Origin: an uncultured Planctomycetota bacterium
GTDB lineage: Bacteria > Planctomycetota > Planctomycetia > Isosphaerales > Isosphaeraceae
Direction of reading: 5' to 3'
NCBI GenBank assembly: GCA_963823665.1
Contig: CAWGMQ010000007.1
Location: 672,001 to 736,000 of the forward strand
DNA: 64,000 bases
The position numbers were made by a program, and so were the translations under genes. Positions 33,944-43,635 of this stretch are shown here, piece by piece. Position 1 is the stretch's first letter. Each line of letters starts with the position of its first letter. Below the pieces are notes generated by a model. That model was not told the origin of the DNA. It worked only from the letters and a program-made list of their open reading frames with translations, and made no database searches.

Positions 33944-35974
33944 ATGTCTCTTTCCACTCTGCTTTCGGGGACTTTTTCGCACAGCCAGGCCCGGCGCGGC
34001 AAGCGTCGCAACCCCGCGTCGCGATCGAAGAAGGCCCGCTTCTCGCTGGAGCTGCTCGAAGCACGGGCGCTGCTGACCAGCTACACAGCCGCGGGCGTCT
34101 CGGACTTGATCGCCGACATCACCGCGGCCAACACGAACGGCGGCGCGAACACGATCACGCTAACGGCCGCGACCACCGCGCCCTACGTCTTGACTGCTGT
34201 GAATAACACCACCAACGGCTCGAACGGCCTCCCCGTGATCGCCGCCAACGACAACCTGACTTTGGTCGGCAGCGGCGACACCATCGAACGGTCCACGGCT
34301 GCGGGAACAGCGCCTTTTCGGCTATTCGACCTGGCTATCGGGGGGTCGTTGACGCTACAGAGCTTGACGCTGCAACGCGGTCTGGCGTTCGGTTCGGGGG
34401 TGTCTGCTGAGGGTGGTGCGATTGATAATCAAGGCAACCTGACCCTGAGCGATGTGACCGTCGAGAATAATATCGCCCAGGGCGCCAGCGCGTCGTCAAC
34501 CGCCGGCCAAAACGCGGAAGGTGGCGCCATCTACTCCAGCGGCTTGTTGACGCTCTCTGGCGGCACGACGGTCGAGAACAATAGCGCCCTCGGTGGCAAC
34601 GGCACCCCAGGCAAATCCTTAGCAGCCGGCAGCGGGTACGGGGGCGCACTCTATGTGGCAAGCTCAACCGTAAATGTGACCAATGCGATCCTGTCCTCCA
34701 ATATCGCTGTTGGCGGCAACGGCGGCAACCAGATCAAGGGCTTAGGTACCGGTGCTATCGGCCCGGCCGGCAATGGCTGCGGGAGCGCGCTTTACGTCGC
34801 TGGTGGGACGGTCACACTGGCCAGCGATAACGTCTCTTCCAATGCGGCTCAAGGCGGCCAGGGCGGCAGTCGCGTTCCGGGTGGTTCTATTAGCTCTAGC
34901 AACCAGCCCGGCGGAAGCGGATCCGGTGGCGCACTGTACGCTTCCGCCGGCACGGTCTACGTGAGCAGCTCGACACTGCAGAGCAATACCGCACAGGGTG
35001 GCGGCGGAGGCGGTCTCGCTGGTTCCGACGGCGCCCGCGGCGGTAATGGATGCGGGGGTGCGATTGTGATCGGCAACGCCACGGTCAGCATGTCTGGCGA
35101 TACCCTGTCTTCCAATACCGCTCAGGGCGGAAACGGTGGGGCGGGCGTAAATCTCGGCAACGGTGGCAACGGGCTCGGAGGCGGAATTTACCAGCCCACC
35201 TCCACTAAACTGGTGTCCGTTTTGACCAACACAACACTGTCATCCAATATCGCCCAGGGCGGCAGCGCCAGCGGCGGAGTAGGTGGCAACGGGCTCGGAG
35301 GCGGAATTTACCAGTCCACCCTCGACACTCAACTGGTGTCCGTTTTGACCAACACAACTCTGTCATCCAATATCGCCCAAGGCGGCAGCGCCAGCGGCGG
35401 ATTAGGTGGCAACGGGCTCGGCGGCGCGATTTACGTCGGCTCTGGGTCGATCGAAATCGACATGAGTGCTGTTTCTTCCAATCTCGCGCAGGGCGGAACT
35501 CGGTCCGGTCTGGGTGAGGGCGGGGGCTTGTTCATCGCCGCCGGCGGCGCGACCCTGCAGGGGAACACCATACAATCCAACTCCGCTACCTCCGCTGGCG
35601 GCGGTATCTACGTTCAGGCCTACACCGGCTGGTACGAGTGGGCGGGGGAAGACGGCTTTGGCGGCACCCTCCTGACAGGTAACTGGCTGGCTGACGCCAT
35701 CAATGCCGAGCAGACGACGATTACTTTGTACGATAACTCGGCGATTGTCCCAGGGACGATTGTCATCGGTTCGGAAGCAATGACTGTCACCGCGATTAAC
35801 GGGTACGCGTCCGTTCTAGCCGTTGTTCGCGGCGTCGATGGCACAACAGCGGCGAGCCATGCTGCCGGCGCCAGCGTCTATCCGGCCCTGGAGTTGGATG
35901 CATTTACCCTCGCGAATCTTGTCAACAATACCGCCCCCAACGATCCGAACATCGACGGGGCGTACTTCAGCTAG
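33944..35974 (+). CDS. Secreted Gly-rich beta-helix protein, 676 aa; paralog of the N-terminal part of 24007..29278 lacking Ig repeats
   Basis: Leader RFSLELLEARALLT; collinear with paralog to NTAPNDPNIDGAY; GGAG RBS. Confidence 0.85.
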   Translation: MSLSTLLSGTFSHSQARRGKRRNPASRSKKARFSLELLEARALLTSYTAAGVSDLIADITAANTNGGANTITLTAATTAPYVLTAVNNTTNGSNGLPVIAANDNLTLVGSGDTIERSTAAGTAPFRLFDLAIGGSLTLQSLTLQRGLAFGSGVSAEGGAIDNQGNLTLSDVTVENNIAQGASASSTAGQNAEGGAIYSSGLLTLSGGTTVENNSALGGNGTPGKSLAAGSGYGGALYVASSTVNVTNAILSSNIAVGGNGGNQIKGLGTGAIGPAGNGCGSALYVAGGTVTLASDNVSSNAAQGGQGGSRVPGGSISSSNQPGGSGSGGALYASAGTVYVSSSTLQSNTAQGGGGGGLAGSDGARGGNGCGGAIVIGNATVSMSGDTLSSNTAQGGNGGAGVNLGNGGNGLGGGIYQPTSTKLVSVLTNTTLSSNIAQGGSASGGVGGNGLGGGIYQSTLDTQLVSVLTNTTLSSNIAQGGSASGGLGGNGLGGAIYVGSGSIEIDMSAVSSNLAQGGTRSGLGEGGGLFIAAGGATLQGNTIQSNSATSAGGGIYVQAYTGWYEWAGEDGFGGTLLTGNWLADAINAEQTTITLYDNSAIVPGTIVIGSEAMTVTAINGYASVLAVVRGVDGTTAASHAAGASVYPALELDAFTLANLVNNTAPNDPNIDGAYFS

Positions 35975-36250
35975 ATCACGACAACGCTGCCGCCGGTCAT
36001 TACCCAGCCGGCCAGCTCCAGTCAGAATCCGATTACCGGGACGGGCACCTATCTGCGAGTGCAGGGCCCCGATCCCCAGGGCGCCGAGCTAAGCAGAAGT
36101 CTCACCGGACCTGCCGGACCCTGGCGCTCAACCTGCGCGCCGGGGGGCGCGAACTGTGAACGGGATCTAGCCAGCTCCGGCAGTCGATCCGCATGCCGGG
36201 CCAAGCTGGTTTTTCACGCGGATCAGTTCTCTCCAAGAAAGGCCTGCATC

Positions 36251-38104
36251 ATGTTGTTTGCACCCTGGTCTCTGCTTTTGTCAACGCGCTCTCCGGCTCG
36301 GTCGCGGAGCCCTGGATCGAGACCAACCCGTTCGCGGCGCTCGGTCCTGCCGCGCCTGGAAGTGATGGAGGATCGGAAGCTGCTCAGCACCTTCACGGTG
36401 ACCAGCCTGAGCGACACCGGCGCCCACTCGCTACTGGCGGGCATCCAGTCCGGCGATGCGACCATCGCATTCGCGCCGGGGCTGCACGGCACCATCACGC
36501 TGGACAGCGAATTGCCGATCAACCACAGTGTGACCATCGACGGCCCCGGGGCGAACGAGTTGTCTGTGAGCGGCAACGACTCGGGCCGTGTCTTCGAGAT
36601 CGAGGCCGGCCAGGTCGCCATCTCCGGTTTGACGATCACCGATGGCGAGGAAGTCGCCGCCAATGGAGGCGGCATTCTCGTCGACGCGGGCGCGATCCTG
36701 AACCTTGACCAGGTCGTTGTGTCCGGCAACAGTGCCTACGCCGACTCCTCGGGCAACTTTGGCAACGGCGGCGGCATCGAGAATGACGGTAGCCTTACCG
36801 TCACGGAATCCCTCTTCACAAACAACCTGGCCTCCGGCGGCGAATACGCCGCCCCGATCACCGGCTCCATCACCGAAGGCTCCGCCGGCGGAGCCATCGA
36901 CAGCCAGGGGCCTTCGCTGACGGTGAGCGACAGTGAATTCACCACTAATAAAGCCGTCGGCCCCGCGACGGGCACTGGTGAAGGCAATGGCGGCGCCATC
37001 AACAGCAGTTCCCCCGCGACCATCACCTACTCCACGTTCAATGGCAACGAGGCGCTCGGCCGGACGAGCAACGGCGGCGCCTTGACCACGGGCGAGAACG
37101 AAAACTTCGCCGCGCCTTCGATGGCCATCAGCACCTGCACGTTCACCGGCAACGAGGCTATCGGGGCCAGCGGAGCCAACAACTCCGCCGCGGTGTTCGG
37201 CGGTGAGGCCCTGGGCGGCGCCATGGCCAATGCCGGCCCGCTCACCATCGCCAACAGCTCGTTTACCGGCAACGTGGCCCAGGGCGGGAACCAGGGCGAC
37301 AACGTCGGCGGCGTCGACCCGAACCCAGTCCTCGGCGAGGCATGGGGCGGCGGCCTGGTGAACTTTGCCAGCACGCTCTCGATAACCAATACCGTCTTTA
37401 GCTGCAACCAGGCCATCGGCGGCAACTCCGCCACCGGACCCGGAGCTCCGGCCGCGGGCGGCGGTCTCGCCTCGGAAATCATGGCTAGCACGACCCTCAC
37501 CGGCGTGACTTTCCTGGACAACAAGGCGATTGGCGGCAGCGGTGGCAGCAGCAGCCCCGGATATCCGGGCACGGGTGGCAGCGGGTTTGGCGGCGGCTTT
37601 TACACCGGGGTCGACTCGACCGCCACAGTCTCAGGCTCCCTCTTCTTCGAAAATCAGGCGGTTGGCGGCGCCGGCGGTTCGGGAGCCGCGGGGGGCATGG
37701 GCGCTGGTGGCGGCATCGCGAATGGCGGCGGCATCGGCGCATTTGAATTGGCTTTCCTGGGTCTCGGTACGGACACGTCGACCCTCTCCGTCGCCGGCGG
37801 TTCGCTACTCTCCAACGTGGCCCAGGGCGGCGGCGGGGGGGCCGGCAGCAATGGCGGCAACGGCTCAGGCGGCGGCTGCTTCGTGCTCGGCACCACGAGC
37901 GCGTCGATTGATGCCACGCTGATCGTTTTCAACTCTGCGATGGGCGGCTCAGCCGGCACGGGCGGAGCCAGCGGCCAGGGCACCGGCGGCGGCCTCTACA
38001 TCGACTCGGGCGCCGTCGTCGAGCTCACCACGTCGATCGATGTCTTTTTCAACTCTGCGTCGACGAGCAATAAGAACATCTTCGGCGTCTACACCACAAG
38101 TTGA
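36251..38104 (+). CDS. Secreted Gly-rich beta-helix (GGA/FxxN repeat) protein, 617 aa
   Basis: Leader LPRLEVMEDRKLLS; repeated FxxNxAxGG...GGA; paralog of 43636..45492. Confidence 0.85.
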   Translation: MLFAPWSLLLSTRSPARSRSPGSRPTRSRRSVLPRLEVMEDRKLLSTFTVTSLSDTGAHSLLAGIQSGDATIAFAPGLHGTITLDSELPINHSVTIDGPGANELSVSGNDSGRVFEIEAGQVAISGLTITDGEEVAANGGGILVDAGAILNLDQVVVSGNSAYADSSGNFGNGGGIENDGSLTVTESLFTNNLASGGEYAAPITGSITEGSAGGAIDSQGPSLTVSDSEFTTNKAVGPATGTGEGNGGAINSSSPATITYSTFNGNEALGRTSNGGALTTGENENFAAPSMAISTCTFTGNEAIGASGANNSAAVFGGEALGGAMANAGPLTIANSSFTGNVAQGGNQGDNVGGVDPNPVLGEAWGGGLVNFASTLSITNTVFSCNQAIGGNSATGPGAPAAGGGLASEIMASTTLTGVTFLDNKAIGGSGGSSSPGYPGTGGSGFGGGFYTGVDSTATVSGSLFFENQAVGGAGGSGAAGGMGAGGGIANGGGIGAFELAFLGLGTDTSTLSVAGGSLLSNVAQGGGGGAGSNGGNGSGGGCFVLGTTSASIDATLIVFNSAMGGSAGTGGASGQGTGGGLYIDSGAVVELTTSIDVFFNSASTSNKNIFGVYTTS

Positions 38105-38181
38105 CCATCGCTGTTCACGACAAATTGTGGCCGGTAGTGCCACGGGAAGGGAAATCGGCCGGTGAGGCCGCGCCGGACTCT

Positions 38182-38213
38182 GTTGTGGCATGGTCTCGAC
38201 ACCATGCCACAAC
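38182..38213. other. Perfect 13-bp inverted repeat (terminator or operator)
   Basis: gttgtggcatggt-ctcgac-accatgccacaac. Confidence 0.6.
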
Positions 38214-38390
38214 TTGCGAAACGCCCGCTAATGCCGAGCCAGTTGCAACCACTGAAACTCCTGACCTGGCGCAACCTGGTTCTCGACCCGTTGCCGAAGG
38301 GCTGGCACGCGTCCAAGACCTAGAAAGGAGGTTTGGTTGATAGCGCTACAACAGTTTCCTGTCAACATCTTTTTTTTGGAGAATGTCCCA

Positions 38391-38579
38391 ATGAACACGC
38401 ACGACGACCGTGAAGGCGCCAAGGCCGTGAACACACCCATGGTTTCCGCCGGGTTGAAGGCGGCCGAGGCGTCGGAGATCAAAGAGGAGCTGACTGACGA
38501 CCAGCTCGCCAAGATCACCGGGGGTTTGAACCCGCAACCCCTGCCCCCGAAGGTGCCAGACCCTGAGAGGGTGACCTGA
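38391..38579 (+). CDS. Small peptide (62 aa) with double-glycine bacteriocin-type leader and Pro-rich core
   Basis: EELTDDQLAKITGG|LNPQPLPPKVPDPERVT; GGAGA RBS; hairpin after stop. Confidence 0.75.
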   Translation: MNTHDDREGAKAVNTPMVSAGLKAAEASEIKEELTDDQLAKITGGLNPQPLPPKVPDPERVT

Positions 38580-38588
38580 CAGAGTCAG

Positions 38589-38620
38589 GGCCCTCGACGG
38601 CCGTTGTCGGGGGCCTTCTT
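38589..38620 (+). terminator. Possible intrinsic terminator after the small peptide
   Basis: ggccctcgac-ggccgtt-gtcgggggcc followed by ttctt. Confidence 0.4.
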
Positions 38621-38791
38621 CATGAGCATTCCGGAAAACCGGTGTCAAGGAAGAGCCGGAGGTGTCAGGAATGTCCCTGGCACCTTCGGTCAGCCTACCA
38701 CGCCGAGTGTACCCAGCACGCACGTTCGTGAACACGTGAGACGGATTGTTCATCACCAGAGCGAATTCAACACCACGGGAGCGAGAGAATC

Positions 38792-41700
38792 ATGAGTCGC
38801 AAGTCACCGAGGGGCCAGCGGAAGGATGGGCGGGGAACGGTCGAGGCCCGAAACCAGTGGCGGATCCAGCCGACGCTCTTGGCACTGGAGGATCGCACGC
38901 TGCTGTCGACGTTCACCGTGACCAACACCGCCGACAGTGGCACGGGCTCGCTGCCCTATGAGATAGGCCTGGCGAATTCGAATCCTGGTTCCAACACCAT
39001 CAACTTCAGCGGTCTCGAGTTCAGTGCGTCGAGGACGATCATCCTGAAGGGCGCCCAGCTCGAGCTGAGCAACACGAGCGGGAAGCAGATGATCAATGGC
39101 CCCGCCGCGCGTTTGACAGTCAATGGCGGCAGGCTGAGCCGGGTGTTCCAGGTCGATGCGGGTGTCACGGCGTCAATCACGGGAATCACGATCGACGGCG
39201 GCAAAACCAGCACCGGCGGCGGTGGTCTATACATCGATGGGGGAACGACCACGCTGAGCGATTGCACGGTCAGCGGCAACTCCGCCGGCACAAACGGCGG
39301 CGGCGTGTTGAACAACGGGGGCGTGATAGCGCTCGACAGCACCACCGTCAGTGGAAACTCCGCGACTGTGAGCGGCGGCGGCGTGTACACCGCGAACGGC
39401 ACGACCACACTGACGAGTTGCACGGTGAGCGGCAACTCCGCATCCGTGAGCGGCGGCGGCCTGTACGACGATGGGGGAACGACCACGCTGACCACGTCCA
39501 CCATCCGCGGAAACTCCGCCGCCAAAGGTGGCGGCGGCCTTGCCAACTTCGGCGGCATGACCACGTTGACGAATGTTACCGCCAGCGGCAACACCGCCGG
39601 CGCAAACGGCGGCGGCCTGCTCAACCAGGGCGGAATAACCACGCTGACCAACTCGACCGTCAGCGGCAACTCCGCATCCTCTGATGGCGGTGGCCTGGCC
39701 AACGTCGGCGGCACGACCACGCTGACGAGCGTCACGGTCAGCGGAAACTCCACCTCATCGAGCGGCGGCGGCCTGTATACCTCTGGCGGCGCGACCACGT
39801 TGATTGACGTTACGGTGAGCGGCAACACCGCCACTGCCAGCGGCGGTGGCCTCGACAACCTGGGCAACACGACCGCGCTGACCAACGTTACCGTCAGCGG
39901 CAACGCCGCGGGCACGAACGGCGGCGGCCTGTATACCTCAGGCGGCATGACGACGCTGAACGACGTTACCGTCAGCGGCAACTCCGCCACTTCTAGCGGC
40001 GGCGGCCTGGACAACGTCGGCGGCACGACGACGCTCAACAACACGATCGTTGCCGGCCAGAAGGCAGGAGGCGACATCTCAGGCGTTGTTTCAGGCTCGT
40101 TTAACCTGATTGGCACCGGCGGATCGGGCGGACTGTTGAACGGGGTCGACGGCAACTTGGTCGGTATCGCCAATCCCGGTTTGGCGCCCTTGGGCAGCTA
40201 CGGCGGGCCGACCCAGACCATGCCACTTCTTTACGGCAGCCCGGCGACCGGCGCCGGCAGCGACGCGCTCGTGCCTGCCGGCATCACGACCGACCAGAGG
40301 GGCTCGCCCCGCTTCTTCAACGGCAATGTCGACGTCGGCGCGTATGAGCTTCAGGTCGTCATCGTCCCGAGCTTCGTGGTCAACATCACCGCCGACTACT
40401 CCGATCCGACCGACGGCAATACCAGCCTCCGCGAGGCGATCGCTAGCGCCAACGCGCTTCCGGGCCACACGATCACCTTCGATCCGACCGTCTTCGCGAG
40501 CGCCCAGACGATCACTCTGGCCGGTCTCCAGCTCGACCTGAGCGACACGAGTGGCACCGAGACGATCACGGCCCCGGCAGCGGGCCTGACGGTCAGCGGC
40601 GGAGGGCTGAGCCGGGTGTTCCAGGTCGACGCGAGTGCCACGGCGTTTTTAGCGGGACTGACGATCATCGGTGGTAGCGCCGGCAGCGGCGGCGGTCTGT
40701 ACAACGATGGCGGCAAAACCACGTTGACGAACGTGACCGTCAGCGGCAACTCCGCCGGCACAAACGGCGGCGGACTCTTGAGCCAGGGGGGCACAACAAC
40801 GCTGATCAACGTGACCGTCAGCGGCAACACCGCCGGCGCAGACGGCGGCGGCCTTTCGAGCCAGGGGAGCACGACCACGCTGACGAACGTCACCGTCAGC
40901 GGAAACTCCGCGTCCGCGATTGGCGGCGGCCTTCACGCCTCTGGCGGCACGACCACGCTGACGAACGTCACCGTCAGTGGCAACTCTGCCTCCGTCAGCG
41001 GCGGAGGCCTGTACGTCTCTGGCGGCACGACCACGCTGACCAACGTGACCGTCAGCGGCAACTCCGCGGCCGTGAGCGGCGGCGGCCTGTTCAACCAGGG
41101 GAGCGCGACCACGCTGACCAATACGATCGTCGCCGGCCAAACGGCGGGAGGCGACATCTCAGGCGCTGTCTTGGGCTCGTTTAACTTGATCGGCACGGGC
41201 GGCTCGGGCGGGCTGACGAACGGGGTCGCCGGCAACATCGTCGGCGTGGCCGACCCGGGGCTCGCCCCGCTAGGCGGCTACGGCGGGCCGACTCAGACGA
41301 TGGCGCTGCTGAATGGAAGTGCGGCCATAAACGCCGGCACGACGGGTGCCGGCATCCCGCCCACGGACCAGCGCGGCTTCGGCCGCCAGGGCGCCGTCGA
41401 CATCGGCGCGTTCCAGGTTGGCAGCGAGGTCGTCAACACGGCCGCGGGTGGCGTACTCGCGAGTCCCGGCCAGCTCACCCTGCCCCAGGCGGTCAACCTG
41501 GCCAACGTCTTGCCCGGCGCCCAGACGATTCTATTTGACAACACGGTTTTCAAAACGCCGCAGACGATCACTCTGAGCGGCACGCAACTCGAGCTGAGCA
41601 ACACCAGCGGGACGGAGACGATCACGGGCCCGGCGGCGGGATTGACGGTCAGCGGCGGCGGGCTGAGCCGGGTGTTTCAAGTCGACGCGCCCGTCGCGGC

Positions 41701-43393
41701 GTCAATCTCGGGATTGACGATCACCGGCGGCAACTCCAGCAACCCCGGCAGCAACGGCTACGGCGGCGGACTGGAGGTTTACGGCGCGATCACGCTGACC
41801 AACTGCACCGTCAGTGGCAACTTCGCCGCATATGGAGGTGGGGGCCTCGCCACCTATGATGGCGCGATCACGCTGACCAACTGCACGGTCAGCGGCAACT
41901 CGGCGGGCTACGGCGGTGGCCTGGACAACTCCGGCGGCGCGACGGCGCTGACCAACTGCACGGTCAGCGGCAACTCGGCGGGCTACGGCGGTGGCCTGGA
42001 CAACTCCTACGGCGCGACCACGCTGACCAACTGCACGGTTAGTGGCAACTCGGCCGACAGGGACGGCGGCGGCCTGGAAACCGACGGCGGGGCGATCACG
42101 CTGATCACTTGCAGGGTCAGCGGCAATTCGGCGGGCGAGGGCGGGGGCCTGGAGATCGCCTCAGGCATGACCACGTTGACCAACTGCACGGTCAGCGGCA
42201 ACTCGGCCTTCCAAGGCGGGGGCCTCGAGAACGTCTACGGCACGACCACGCTGACCAACTGCAAGGTCAGCGGCAACTCCGCCTCCGCGAGCGGCGGCGG
42301 CTTATTGTTATACAGCAGCGGCACGACCACGCTGATGAACTGCACGGTCAGCGGCAACTCCGCCCGCTACGGTGGGGGCCTCGAGGACCTGTACGGCACG
42401 ACCACTCTGACCAATTGCACGGTCAGCGGCAACACTTCCGTGTTTGGCGACGGCGGGGGCCTGGAAAACTACAGAGGCACAACCACGCTGACCAACTGCA
42501 CGGTCAGCGGCAACTCAGCCCCCACCGGCGGGGGCATCGAGAACGTCTACGGCACGACCACGCTGACCAACTGCACGGTCAGCGGCAACACCGCCGTTGA
42601 TGGCGGCGGCCTTTTCAACGAGGGCACACTGAACGTCTCCTCGTGCAGTATCATCAGGAACCTGGCCAGCGGCGGCAGCTTCGCTGCAGGCGGCGGCATC
42701 TTGAACAGCGGCGGGAGTCTCGCGCTCACCAACAGCACGTTCTTCGATAACACTGCCTTCGGCGGCGCCGGCGGCGATGGCATCGGCGGCGGTGTCGATC
42801 TCGAGAATAACTCGACCGCAACCATCACCAACACCGCCTTCGGGGCCAACCGGGCATTAGGCGGTGCCGGTGAGGGAGGCAACGGCGGCGATGGCATCGG
42901 CGGCGGCATCGATGTTTCCGATAACTCGACCGCGACCGTCACAACGACCACGTTCGCAGCCAACCTGGCCCAAGGCGGTGCCGGCGACGCGGGGGCCAAC
43001 GGCGGCGACGGCATCGGTGGCGCGATCGCCGTGGCCATCGGTAGCATCGCGTTCGGTAATGCGGACGCGTCGTCGATCGTCCTCACGAACTGCGCGCTGA
43101 TCGGTAACGGGGCCCAAGGGGGCCGCGGCGGCTCGGGAGCCGACGGCGGCAACGGCTCCGGCGGCGGTGCCTTCGTCGGCGCCGGCGGCTCCGCGACCCT
43201 CGTCCAGATGAATCTCATCCGGAACATGGCCATGGGCGGTCTGGCCGGCGCCGGTGCGAGCAACGGCGATGGTACAGGCGGTGGTCTCTATGTCTTCACG
43301 GGCGCGCTCGTCACCCTCAAGAAAACGACGGTCGCCGCTAACGTCGCCTCGACCAGCAACGGCAACTTCGATGGCACTGTGATCTACCTCTGA
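38792..43393 (+). CDS. Large secreted beta-helix protein, 1533 aa, three repeat blocks, two choice-of-anchor-Q-like domains and a CSLREA-like motif
   Basis: Leader QPTLLALEDRTLLS; many TTTLTNxTVSGNSA..GGGL repeats; TSLREAIASAN; GGPTQTM..DQRG..D(V/I)GA. Confidence 0.88.
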   Translation: MSRKSPRGQRKDGRGTVEARNQWRIQPTLLALEDRTLLSTFTVTNTADSGTGSLPYEIGLANSNPGSNTINFSGLEFSASRTIILKGAQLELSNTSGKQMINGPAARLTVNGGRLSRVFQVDAGVTASITGITIDGGKTSTGGGGLYIDGGTTTLSDCTVSGNSAGTNGGGVLNNGGVIALDSTTVSGNSATVSGGGVYTANGTTTLTSCTVSGNSASVSGGGLYDDGGTTTLTTSTIRGNSAAKGGGGLANFGGMTTLTNVTASGNTAGANGGGLLNQGGITTLTNSTVSGNSASSDGGGLANVGGTTTLTSVTVSGNSTSSSGGGLYTSGGATTLIDVTVSGNTATASGGGLDNLGNTTALTNVTVSGNAAGTNGGGLYTSGGMTTLNDVTVSGNSATSSGGGLDNVGGTTTLNNTIVAGQKAGGDISGVVSGSFNLIGTGGSGGLLNGVDGNLVGIANPGLAPLGSYGGPTQTMPLLYGSPATGAGSDALVPAGITTDQRGSPRFFNGNVDVGAYELQVVIVPSFVVNITADYSDPTDGNTSLREAIASANALPGHTITFDPTVFASAQTITLAGLQLDLSDTSGTETITAPAAGLTVSGGGLSRVFQVDASATAFLAGLTIIGGSAGSGGGLYNDGGKTTLTNVTVSGNSAGTNGGGLLSQGGTTTLINVTVSGNTAGADGGGLSSQGSTTTLTNVTVSGNSASAIGGGLHASGGTTTLTNVTVSGNSASVSGGGLYVSGGTTTLTNVTVSGNSAAVSGGGLFNQGSATTLTNTIVAGQTAGGDISGAVLGSFNLIGTGGSGGLTNGVAGNIVGVADPGLAPLGGYGGPTQTMALLNGSAAINAGTTGAGIPPTDQRGFGRQGAVDIGAFQVGSEVVNTAAGGVLASPGQLTLPQAVNLANVLPGAQTILFDNTVFKTPQTITLSGTQLELSNTSGTETITGPAAGLTVSGGGLSRVFQVDAPVAASISGLTITGGNSSNPGSNGYGGGLEVYGAITLTNCTVSGNFAAYGGGGLATYDGAITLTNCTVSGNSAGYGGGLDNSGGATALTNCTVSGNSAGYGGGLDNSYGATTLTNCTVSGNSADRDGGGLETDGGAITLITCRVSGNSAGEGGGLEIASGMTTLTNCTVSGNSAFQGGGLENVYGTTTLTNCKVSGNSASASGGGLLLYSSGTTTLMNCTVSGNSARYGGGLEDLYGTTTLTNCTVSGNTSVFGDGGGLENYRGTTTLTNCTVSGNSAPTGGGIENVYGTTTLTNCTVSGNTAVDGGGLFNEGTLNVSSCSIIRNLASGGSFAAGGGILNSGGSLALTNSTFFDNTAFGGAGGDGIGGGVDLENNSTATITNTAFGANRALGGAGEGGNGGDGIGGGIDVSDNSTATVTTTTFAANLAQGGAGDAGANGGDGIGGAIAVAIGSIAFGNADASSIVLTNCALIGNGAQGGRGGSGADGGNGSGGGAFVGAGGSATLVQMNLIRNMAMGGLAGAGASNGDGTGGGLYVFTGALVTLKKTTVAANVASTSNGNFDGTVIYL

Positions 43394-43401
43394 GTAACTC
43401 C

Positions 43402-43499
43402 CTCACGCATCGTATCGGGATGATCCGCAAATTTTCAAAGATTCACCACTTTTATTGTACCGTCAGGAGCAGGTCGCGCGGTTAAAGGCGTATGGACGC
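43402..43499 (+). promoter_or_regulatory. Element D, copy closely matching 136-235
   Basis: ctcacgcatcgtatcg...ccgcaaattttcaaagattcaccacttttattgtaccgtcaggagcaggtcgcgcggttaaaggcgtatggacgc. Confidence 0.7.
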
Positions 43500-43635
43500 C
43501 CAGCAGAGGTCTCACAAGGCGGGCGTGACGGGTGTGAATGGGCTCGAAGCATCCAGCTCCGGCGATCGATCCGCGCCGGGCGAAACTGATTTTTTTCACG
43601 CGGATCGGTTCTTTGCGAGAATGGTATGCATCATC

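Noticed and set aside
38140..38255. c-di-GMP or cobalamin riboswitch (agggaa; gagccagttgcaacc)
   Set aside because: Only isolated words match; required upstream stems and motifs not found. An Rfam scan would settle it
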